Assembly (NCBI GenBank): GCA_043228905.1
Contig: JBHGNT010000915.1
Coordinates: 1-13,919, forward strand
Length of the DNA: 13,919 nucleotides
DNA from: Azolla caroliniana
Taxonomy: Eukaryota; Plantae; Polypodiophyta
Reading direction: 5' to 3'
The notes under the pieces were generated by a model. The model did not search any database and was not told where the DNA came from. It saw only the letters and a program-made list of their open reading frames with translations. Position 1 is the stretch's first letter. Every line of letters starts with the position of its first letter. This document shows, piece by piece, positions 1 to 7,667 of this stretch. Position numbers and translations under genes: made by a program.

Positions 1-2
1 AA

Positions 3-1526
3 TGGGCGGATAACGGGGCGACTGGGTCGGGCTCGGTCGCAGCAAGGAAGCTCGAACCAGCGCCACAGGTGCGCAAGGAAGAGACCCGGGAGTGGTTGGA
101 AACCGGCTCGGCTTCGACCGGCGTAGTCAGAGGCTCAACCGGAGGAGCGGCGCTGGAGGAATTGACGAAGGCGATAAAGGACCTCCAAATCGCGCAGGCC
201 CGAAGGGAAGGAGGCGAACCGGCTCGTGACCGACGGCCGGCGGCAGGAAACAGGTGCATGTGGTGCGATGAAGTCGGCCACGTTCGGAAGGACTGCGGCG
301 ACTTCGCGGAGGCGCTGAGGGACCGGGTGGTGTACCTGTGGGAAGGACGGGTGCATGCCAGCGACACCCGAAGGGCCCTGAGCCGAAACGACGGAAAGGG
401 TGGTATGAAAAGGTTGATGGAAGAGGCGGCGGCCCGACACGCGGAAACCGTCCACTACTCGGCGTCGGCCGGCATTCGAGTCGGGGGCGGCGAGGCCCGA
501 AAGGAAAGCAAAGCCGGATTCTGGCCGGCGATGCTGGAAGGCCTTGCCGGTGCAGGGCTTAAAAGGGAGGAATCGGACCGTGCGGAGAAACGGGTACGGG
601 AGATGACCGGGTGGAGCGACCCGGTCGAGGAAAGGACGGGCTTCGTGGAAGCCGCTTGCCGGAACTACGAGGCTCTGGTAGAAGAGAAGCGGGTGGGAAA
701 ACCCGGGACGACCGGGCCCTCACAACGATACGAGACCCGGTCCGGGCCACGACGGGACGAAGCCGGCAGGGCCGGTACGCAAGATAAACCCCAGAAGGGC
801 GGGTACCGTCTGGGGACGGAGATAGAAAGAACCACGGACTTACGAAAGGTCCTGGAGGAACGGATCCTCGACAGCAAGGTGGAGCTGTCGCTACGGGAGG
901 TGCTTGGAATCGCCAAGAAGGAGTTCCACGACTCCATCGTGGACTTGGTGAAACGGAAGAGGCTGTCAACGGAGACAGAACCGGAAAGACCGGTGGAAGT
1001 GCGGACGACGCACCTAGACGACATGGCGCTGGGAGACGAGTGGGCGGAAAGCCACTATTCGAGACCGCACTGGGCCCGAGCGACCACGGAAACCCCGGTG
1101 AAGATCGGCGATGTCCAGGAACCGGTGATAGCTTTGGTGGACCACGGATCGGAGATCAATTTGATGTCCATGGACTTCTATAAGAAGGGCAAATGGCCGA
1201 TCAACACCAAGCACGGGTGGAAAATAAGGGCAGCAACGCGCGCCACCGAGGAACTGCACGGGGCCTGTCCGAATGTGCGAGTCAAGATCGGCAACGTCGA
1301 GATTGACCAGCACTTCTTCGTGCAGGAGACGTCTTCGCATCCGGTCATACTGGGAGAGCCGTACATCACGGCGGCGCGAATGGAGACCAAGGTGCTGGAC
1401 AATGGTTCGGCCTATGCGCGGGTCAAGAGCCAGGACGGCCGCCATTCGGTCCAGTTTTTGACGGTTAGGCCGAACCACGAGCGTAACCGCGACTCCCTCG
1501 GTTCCGATAACCGAGAGGATTTTTAG
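3..1526 (+). CDS. gag: Gag (C-terminal part with CCHC zinc knuckle) fused to aspartic protease; 5'-partial
   Basis: The frame is open from base 3, so GTG at 69 is unlikely to be the true start. CMWCDEVGHVRKDC is a CX2CX4HX4C knuckle at 255-296. Retropepsin-like ALVDHGSEINLM (catalytic D at 1140) is followed by the VILGEPY motif. Stop TAG at 1524-1526. Confidence 0.9.
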   Translation, partial: WADNGATGSGSVAARKLEPAPQVRKEETREWLETGSASTGVVRGSTGGAALEELTKAIKDLQIAQARREGGEPARDRRPAAGNRCMWCDEVGHVRKDCGDFAEALRDRVVYLWEGRVHASDTRRALSRNDGKGGMKRLMEEAAARHAETVHYSASAGIRVGGGEARKESKAGFWPAMLEGLAGAGLKREESDRAEKRVREMTGWSDPVEERTGFVEAACRNYEALVEEKRVGKPGTTGPSQRYETRSGPRRDEAGRAGTQDKPQKGGYRLGTEIERTTDLRKVLEERILDSKVELSLREVLGIAKKEFHDSIVDLVKRKRLSTETEPERPVEVRTTHLDDMALGDEWAESHYSRPHWARATTETPVKIGDVQEPVIALVDHGSEINLMSMDFYKKGKWPINTKHGWKIRAATRATEELHGACPNVRVKIGNVEIDQHFFVQETSSHPVILGEPYITAARMETKVLDNGSAYARVKSQDGRHSVQFLTVRPNHERNRDSLGSDNREDF

Positions 1527-1586
1527 AGAGGGCTGCCAAGGCGTGGGGCCGCGACAGTCCGGACACCCCGGGAAAACCCCACACCT
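1517..1586 (+). promoter_or_regulatory. Putative -1 programmed ribosomal frameshift signal (slippery heptamer G_GAT_TTT plus H-type pseudoknot)
   Basis: The heptamer at 1517-1523 is in the correct phase directly before the gag stop. The -1 frame is closed by TAA at 1508 and then open to 5014. After a 6-nt spacer, stem 1 pairs 1530-1535 with 1555-1560 and stem 2 pairs 1539-1548 with 1577-1586. Confidence 0.75.
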
Positions 1587-4500
1587 GTACGATAAAACCG
1601 AAGAAACCTTGTACCATAGGTAGGGAATTTTTGTTCTCCGACAACGGAGCGTGTGCGATGGTCGGCATCGCCGGCCGAGAGAAAACAAAGACGGAGGCGA
1701 GACTTCGAGCGTGCGGAGTTCTCGGCCCGGACGAGGAAATCAACGGAGCCGTGGAGGCGGTCTCATTCGACGACACCTTGGGAATGCTGGGAAAGGTAGT
1801 CGAAGAAGGCCTTAACGACGACCGGACGATACCGGTGTGTTCCGAGGAGATGTACGAAGTCATCGCGGACTTCGGTCGAGGGCTCGAGTCAGTTCGGACG
1901 GCCCACGTAAACACCAAGTACAAGACTGTGGACCGGAAGGTAAGGCCAGTAGCGGCACCCTTACCGGAGGACAGCGCGTCGAGAATCAAAGGGGTTGCAT
2001 CAGACCCTAGTCTACGAGATCCGGCCTGCATAGGGCACACCTTCACTGACGAGACGCTCCGAGAGCTCAAAATCGGTGGGGGCGGGTTCCTACTGCCGGC
2101 GGAGGAAGACCGGTTTCGGAGGATGCTCGGAAGGCACGGGAAAGCCTTCGCATTCTCGCCGGAGGAAATCGGGTGCGTTGACCCGACGATCGTGGAGCCG
2201 ATGGTGATATTCACGGTACCGCATGTACCATGGAATCTCAAGCCAATCCCGGTTCCGAGAGCTCACATCCCGAAGTTGATGGAGCTGCTGAGGCAGAAAG
2301 TTGATATGGGAATTCTCGAGCCGTCGAGCGCCCCATATTCGAATCGATGGTTTACCGTACCGAAGAAAAACGGTTCGCTGCGCTTCATCCAGGACCTGCA
2401 GCCGGTCAATCGAGTGACCATTCGGAACGCAGGAATCGGACCGACCATAGACGAGTTCGCGGAGGCCTTCGCCGGAAGGTCAATTTACTCGGTCGGGGAT
2501 CTATACTCAGGGTACGACCAGTTCCAGCTGGCCGTGGAGAGCAGAGACCTTACGACGATGCGAACTCCCCTCGGCCTAGTTCGGATGTGTACACTGCCGC
2601 AAGGAGGGACCAACTCGGTGGCCCACATGGTGAATGCGATGAACAAGGTTCTGAGGGACTGTGTCCCGGACATTACCATGCCGTTTCTGGACGACATCCC
2701 GATCAAGGGATGCCCGGTGGAAGAAAAGGACGAGACGATCGGGCCGGACGGATGCCGGCGATTCGTGGCGACGCACGTCGACGATTGCGAGAAGGTGCTG
2801 CAAAGGCTAGAGGATGCGAGACTCACCTTCTCCGGGGAGAAGTCGGCCTTCGGGCAGTCAGAAATCATGGTGGTCGGACACCTGTGCGGACCATATGGCC
2901 GGAAACCGTCTCCGGCGAAGGTAGAAGCCATCTCCGCGATGAAGCCCGACTGCAGCTCGGTCACGGAAGTACGGAGATTCCTGGGGGCATGCGCGTTCTA
3001 CCACATATGGATCCCGCATTACGCACACGTCGCGGAGCCACTGTACGGGTTGCTGAAAAAGGGGCGAAGGTTCGAATGGCTAGACAAGCACGCGGAATCG
3101 GTCCGGAAGCTGAAAGAGGCCCTTGCAGCGGCACCGGCACTCCGGAAGGCGGTTTACGGGAAGGGTACCCCGGTATTCATAACGGTGGATACCAGTCCGA
3201 CCGGGATCGGATGGGTCGTGAACCAGGAAGACGAGGACGGCAATCGGTTTCCGATCCGATTCGGCGCGAAAGTCCTCAGTGAACGGCAGCGAGGATACGC
3301 CCAGGTTAAACGCGAACTCTGGGGTATTGTTTCGGCGGTTAAGGCCGACAAAGACTACCTGATAGGGACGGAAGTGATCATCGAGACGGATTGCCTGCCG
3401 ATTCTCGGTATGGTTTCCGGATGCGCGACGCCGGACCTGGCGATGCTCAGGTGGATAGCGTACATCAAGTCCCTGGACCCGGAAATACGACACATTTCCG
3501 GGAAAGACAACGCCATGGCCGACATGCTTTCAAGGGCGAGGTTCGACGACGAGGGCGGCATGGTTTCGGAAGACGAAGAAGTCGGCGTGGATTTCTTCGA
3601 GGCGGCATACATAACGACCGACGGGATGAGCACTCCGGCGCTTAACGAGTTCGACGCGAGCAAGTACGACGGGGAATGGCTGCAGATCGGCGGGTTTTTG
3701 AAGACGATGACGCCCGATGCGTCATGGACGAAGGACGAGGCCAACCGGATCCGGAAGAAAGCATATCGATTCTTTCTCCGAGATGGGCATCTATGGAAGC
3801 ACCCGAAGAAGAGGGACGGCGTCCCGCTCCGAGTGGTGGCGATGAAGGAAGAACAGGAGGAACTGCTGACGGCCTACCACGACAGCCCTTGGGCTGGACA
3901 CCGTGGAACATGGGCTACGTTTGAGAAACTAAAGGGGAAGTATTGGTGGCCGGGGCAGTACCGGGACGTGCATCGGTTCGTGACAACTTGCAGGAGCTGT
4001 CAGATGCACTCCATAGTCCGACATCGGGACGAGCTTCACCCCACGTACCCTCCGACCATCCACTTCAAATGGATGGTAGATCTGGTGACGATGCCAATGG
4101 GGGTAGGACAGATGCGGTACCTGGTCCTAGCGCGGGAGGATCTGACGAACCAAGTGGAAGGCCGGGCCCTTCCAAACAAAACGACCGCGGCCGTATGCCG
4201 GTTCCTAATCGAGGACGTGATATGCCGGTACGGGTGCGTCGGGAAGATCGTGGCTGACCGAGGGGAGTTGGACGCCGAAGAAGCCGCGGAGCTGTTCGAC
4301 CGGCTGGGAGTCCAGCTCTCGCTCACCACTGCGTACAATCCGGAGGCGAATGGAAAGGTGGAGTGCGGACACGGACCGATCGTCAAGGCGTTGGTTCGGG
4401 CATGCGGAGGCCGAGCCGGTGACTGGCCGCGGCTGCTACCTTATGCTTTGTGGGCAGACCGGACCACGCACAGTTCGGTAACCGGGTACATGCCGACGGA

Positions 4501-5014
4501 GCTCATGTTCGGCCAGACGCCGATCATGCCGATTGAACGGACGATCTCCTCGTGGGCAACGGTCGACTGGAGGGACGAGATGAGCCGGGAGGAGTTGTTG
4601 GTCGCACGTATACGACAGCTCGAGCGGAGGCCGGAGGACGTGGCACTGGCTACGGAGAAGCTCCGGGTGGCGAGGACAAAGAACAAAGCCCGGTTCGACC
4701 GAACGCACCGGCTACGACCGAAGAAAATCGAAGAAGGTGACTGGGTGCTCGTCTACGACAGCAGCCTCGACAACCAGCACCGAGCCACACGGAAGTTCGC
4801 ACGAAGGTGGTTCGGGCCTTACGTGGTACGGAGCGCCAATGACAACGGGACATATCACCTGGCGGAACTTGACGGCACGAGAATGGCGATACCGGTTGCA
4901 GGGAAGCGGATCAAAGCGTTCAAGAAGCGACACGACGACGAGCCAGACCCGGCTCTCCTGGTCGGCAGTGACGAACGATCCGAAAATGAAGAAGAACCGA
5001 CGGGCGAGGAATGA
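1517..5014 (+). CDS. pol: Pol: reverse transcriptase - RNase H - integrase, uninterrupted, probably expressed by -1 frameshift from gag-PR
   Basis: RT motifs: LRFIQDLQPVN, DLYSGYDQ, LPQGGTNS, FLDD (2684-2695). RNase H motifs: VDTSPTGIG, KRELWGIV, ETDC, NAMADMLSR. Integrase: HHCC (HDSPWAGH...CRSC), D-D-E core (VDLV, ADRG, NGKVE) and C-terminal GPY motif (RWFGPY). Manual translation shows 1511-1630 is also open in this frame. Confidence 0.95.
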   Translation, partial: GFLERAAKAWGRDSPDTPGKPHTCTIKPKKPCTIGREFLFSDNGACAMVGIAGREKTKTEARLRACGVLGPDEEINGAVEAVSFDDTLGMLGKVVEEGLNDDRTIPVCSEEMYEVIADFGRGLESVRTAHVNTKYKTVDRKVRPVAAPLPEDSASRIKGVASDPSLRDPACIGHTFTDETLRELKIGGGGFLLPAEEDRFRRMLGRHGKAFAFSPEEIGCVDPTIVEPMVIFTVPHVPWNLKPIPVPRAHIPKLMELLRQKVDMGILEPSSAPYSNRWFTVPKKNGSLRFIQDLQPVNRVTIRNAGIGPTIDEFAEAFAGRSIYSVGDLYSGYDQFQLAVESRDLTTMRTPLGLVRMCTLPQGGTNSVAHMVNAMNKVLRDCVPDITMPFLDDIPIKGCPVEEKDETIGPDGCRRFVATHVDDCEKVLQRLEDARLTFSGEKSAFGQSEIMVVGHLCGPYGRKPSPAKVEAISAMKPDCSSVTEVRRFLGACAFYHIWIPHYAHVAEPLYGLLKKGRRFEWLDKHAESVRKLKEALAAAPALRKAVYGKGTPVFITVDTSPTGIGWVVNQEDEDGNRFPIRFGAKVLSERQRGYAQVKRELWGIVSAVKADKDYLIGTEVIIETDCLPILGMVSGCATPDLAMLRWIAYIKSLDPEIRHISGKDNAMADMLSRARFDDEGGMVSEDEEVGVDFFEAAYITTDGMSTPALNEFDASKYDGEWLQIGGFLKTMTPDASWTKDEANRIRKKAYRFFLRDGHLWKHPKKRDGVPLRVVAMKEEQEELLTAYHDSPWAGHRGTWATFEKLKGKYWWPGQYRDVHRFVTTCRSCQMHSIVRHRDELHPTYPPTIHFKWMVDLVTMPMGVGQMRYLVLAREDLTNQVEGRALPNKTTAAVCRFLIEDVICRYGCVGKIVADRGELDAEEAAELFDRLGVQLSLTTAYNPEANGKVECGHGPIVKALVRACGGRAGDWPRLLPYALWADRTTHSSVTGYMPTELMFGQTPIMPIERTISSWATVDWRDEMSREELLVARIRQLERRPEDVALATEKLRVARTKNKARFDRTHRLRPKKIEEGDWVLVYDSSLDNQHRATRKFARRWFGPYVVRSANDNGTYHLAELDGTRMAIPVAGKRIKAFKKRHDDEPDPALLVGSDERSENEEEPTGEE

Positions 5015-5072
5015 AGACGGGCCGGTTTTCTCCGTCCCAACTCTCTTGGCGCATACCGGAGGATGCGCGGTT

Positions 5073-5085
5073 AGGTGGGGGCGGA
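5073..5085 (+). other. Polypurine tract of the Gypsy element
   Basis: AGGTGGGGGCGGA (11 of 13 purines), about 60 bp after the pol stop and directly abutting TGTCG. Confidence 0.75.
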
Positions 5086-5371
5086 TGTCGTGAAGAAAAC
5101 CGTCCATAGGCGGAATCGGCGCACCAAGGCATGGGAACCGGTTCTTCACGCGCGCACGCTCCGAGTTGTACATAGAAACGAATTGAGAGGATAATCGGCA
5201 GGAACGGGCCCTAACTCAAGTGGAGACAAAGACCGCGCGAACAGTCTTTTCGGTCGCGCGCGCGAACTGTACGAGTCGGCGGCGTAACTACGCGGATCTG
5301 TGAAAAACGGAGCGGATCCCTGTCAAAAAGGGACAGGGAATAAAGCTGACACGACGGCCTGTTCGTCGGCC

Positions 5372-5378
5372 TATATAA
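5372..5378 (+). promoter_or_regulatory. TATA box of the Gypsy LTR
   Basis: TATATAA in an otherwise GC-rich LTR, 286 bp from the LTR start. Confidence 0.6.
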
Positions 5379-5771
5379 GGAGCGGGAAAGAGCTGTTGCA
5401 GGGATCGGGCGCGGAGAGGACGAAGTGCTGTCGGACCGTTTCTGGACGCTTCGCTCTCTCCGTTTCCTTCCTTCTTCAGCTCCAAAGCTTTCTGTGCAGG
5501 GTTCCGGGGAGGCTCGCGCTGTTTCGAGGAACGCCCGAGTGCTTCCGGCAGCACCTCCGACCTGCTACCCCCCCCCTTTTTTTTTCCCGTTTGTGCGTCA
5601 AAGCGAACAGGCATCGGCATCTGTTCGCCGGCCTGTTCGGTTGCAACCAACCTGTGCCCCATCGGGGGTTGTAGTCGTGTTAGCCATTTTGTTAATACAC
5701 ATATTTAGTCATTCGCATCCGTCTGTGTCGGTGTCTGTTCGCGTTCTCCGTGCTGAAGGGCCGTGTCCCTG

Positions 5772-6009
5772 TGTATCCCCGGTCCTGCGAAGCCGGTTCC
5801 CTCTCTTTCTCCTCCCTCGCTTGCTCTTTGGTTCGAGACCCCCGCGGTCCCGCCTCTATTCCGCACGCACTTGCGTAATATCTCGACATCTTTGTATCCC
5901 CGGTCCTGCGAAGCCGGTTCCCTCTCTTTCTCCTCCCTCGCTTGCTCTTTGGTTCGAGACCCCCGCGGTCCCGCCTCTATTCCGCACGCACTTGCGTAAT
6001 ATCTCGACA
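5772..6009 (+). repeat. Perfect 117-bp direct duplication of the LTR 3' end (5772-5888 and 5893-6009), separated by TCTT
   Basis: Both copies read TGTATCCCCGGTCC...GTAATATCTCGACA, with no mismatch found by eye. Confidence 0.95.
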
Positions 6010-6432
6010 GCGTTCAAGTGCTCCTTGCCGGGATTGCTCATAAACCGGCTCACCACTCCGACTGCGTATCCTATATCCGGTCGGGTACACACCATTGTGT
6101 ACATTAAGCTCCCAACGGCAGAGGCATATGGTACCTTCATCATATCAGCCTTCTCTGCTTTCGTCTTCGGGCTTTGCTTACCGGACAATCTGCAGTTTGC
6201 CGGGAGTGTCGATCCGACCGGTTTCGCTTCTAACATGTTGAACCGCTGAAGCACCTTTGTCACGTATTTCTCTTGTGACAACCATAGTTGCTTCGTTGGC
6301 CGGTTCCGGATGATATGCATCCCCAACATCTGTCTTGCCGGACCCAAGTCTTTCATCGCAAAAGTTCGGTTGAGAGCCTTCTTCAGCATCTGTATTCTGG
6401 CTTGGTTTCGTCCGACGATCAACATGTCGTCC
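6010..6432 (-). pseudogene. Ty1/Copia reverse transcriptase fragment (C-terminal RT), interrupted by the Gypsy insertion
   Basis: Translates as DDMLIVG...FAMKDLGPARQMLGM...LWLSQEKY...VPYASAVGSLMYTMVCTRPDIGYAVGVVSRFMSNPGKEH, typical Tnt1-like RT. It begins inside the YVDD motif and ends at the Gypsy LTR terminus. Confidence 0.92.
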
Positions 6433-6796
6433 TATCGGCCTCGGCCGAGTTTGCTCATTAGTACTGTTCTTCTCACTTCCCATCCGAAGGGACTTGTTTC
6501 CTAACAAATACCAACTAAGCTAGGGTAAGTGCCCTTTCTACTATTTACAAAACTAGCCTTGTATGTCCATGAGTTAGTGTGAAACCTATTACTATGGGAA
6601 GTTGAGTTCAACTCTCAACAGATTACAACTGAGTATGACCTCTCTAGGTTTGGAGTAGTGGAAATGTACTAGCCTCAAGGCTATTGCCTTGGATACAATC
6701 TTCACCCGATTGGGTGGATAAAACAAGAGGAAATAGAAAAATAAAAGAAAAACATAGAATGACGAAACCTGACATGGATGGATAAGAGAGGTGTTG

Positions 6797-6833
6797 TACA
6801 GTCATGGGTTCCTTACAGTCATGGGTTCCTTAC
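6797..6833. repeat. 17-bp tandem duplication TACAGTCATGGGTTCCT x2 (+TAC)
   Basis: Identical copies at 6797-6813 and 6814-6830. Confidence 0.9.
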
Positions 6834-6855
6834 GTCACAAGCAACCCCTCACGGA

Positions 6856-7220
6856 TCTCTATCTTCTCTTTTGTAGAGCGCTCTCTCTCTTGCTCTCGTA
6901 CTCGGGCACTTTTTCTCTTCGTTTGATGTTTTTCTCTCTTTGTTCTCTCACTTCTCTATTTTACCGTTGTCTCTTAGTTGTCTCCCTTTGTGTTGTCTCT
7001 GTACTCAGAATAATCTCTATTTTTCTCTTGCTCTCAGTGTCTCAATCTCTCAGACTCTTCAGTTTCTGTATGTGTCTCCACACCATTTATATGTGTTGCT
7101 CTCGTTTTTGTGCAACATCTCTTTTTGTCCTTGCACTACACACACACACACACACATATATCCATACCCACATACATACCCACATGTATATGTATTTGTA
7201 AATATGTATATTTTAATATA
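6856..7220. repeat. Low-complexity CT-rich tract followed by an (AC)n microsatellite (7138-7156) and TA/CATACCCACAT repeats
   Basis: Directly visible simple-sequence composition. Confidence 0.8.
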
Positions 7221-7244
7221 ACTTTAACGGATTATAACTTGTTC

Positions 7245-7429
7245 CTTTTTTAACCCCATGCCGATTCGGATTAAGATCCAAATCCAAATTGGTACATAAC
7301 CGATTCGACACCGCTGTTAGCCGACTGCCGATTCTCTGTCGGCTCTTTGTCCTTGTCATGATATGGCAAGATTCGAACCCATGATCTTATGTTACATGGG
7401 TCGAGCCCTTGCCATTAGACTATATATTG
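7245..7429 (-). mobile_element. Candidate tRNA-derived SINE or tRNA-like relic with Pol III A and B boxes
   Basis: On the minus strand, A-box TAGTCTAATGG (7422-7412) and B-box GGTTCGAATC (7379-7370) start 43 nt apart, as in tRNAs. There is no full cloverleaf. A short A-run lies at about 7251-7245. Boundaries and TSD are not clear. Confidence 0.5.
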
Positions 7430-7667
7430 TAATACAAGATATATTATTTTCATTTATTATTTCACTATAGAAAATTGATGTATATTTCCAGATTTCTCTG
7501 GAACATTCTATTCTAGAAACTTCAAGAGTACTCCTAAAAACACTATAAAAGGAGGCACATGGCATTATTTCGAACCAAATCGGTTCAACGCTAGTCTTAA
7601 GCCTCATAATTATTTGTTGGGATTACGGTCCCTCCGGATGGGATGGTCGGATGTCCGGGAATCGGGA

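Larger units (their letters stand above)
1..6009 (+). mobile_element. Ty3/Gypsy LTR retrotransposon without a chromodomain; 5' LTR and start of gag lie outside the window
   Basis: Domain order is CCHC-PR / RT-RNaseH-IN (Gypsy order). A PPT at 5073-5085 is followed by an LTR bounded by TGTCG (5086) and CGACA (5888 or 6009). Confidence 0.95.
5086..6009 (+). repeat. 3' LTR of the Gypsy element (803 bp to 5888; 924 bp including the terminal duplication)
   Basis: Starts TGTCG after the PPT and ends CGACA (5-bp terminal inverted repeat). Contains a TATA box. Sequence switches abruptly to Copia RT at 6010. The partner LTR is not in the window. Confidence 0.8.

Noticed and set aside
1631-1633. TTG start for an independent pol ORF
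   Set aside because: The frame is open back to 1511 and overlaps a slippery site. A non-ATG start call is an artefact of the ORF track in a eukaryotic context.
135-5173. Many overlapping antisense and alternate-frame ORFs within the Gypsy element (e.g. 2347-3282, 1465-2241, 1014-1688)
   Set aside because: No recognisable motifs. Such shadow ORFs are expected in GC-rich coding sequence.
5425-6249. 274-aa ORF after pol as an env-like or extra gene
   Set aside because: It lies in the LTR, crosses the 117-bp duplication and runs into antisense Copia RT, so it is a chance chimera.
5856-6425. 189-aa ORF as a complete gene
   Set aside because: Only 6010-6425 is Copia RT. The remainder is read-through into the antisense Gypsy LTR.
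6010-6432. Fragment being the displaced, inverted 3' part of the 7615-11424 element itself
   Set aside because: The 72-bp overlap differs at 14 positions, many synonymous, so it derives from another copy.
6791-7221. Hydrophobic 136-aa and 93-aa ORFs as membrane proteins
   Set aside because: They are translations of CT-rich and CA-repeat low-complexity DNA.
7355-7429. Functional tRNA gene
   Set aside because: A and B boxes are present, but acceptor and anticodon stems do not pair.
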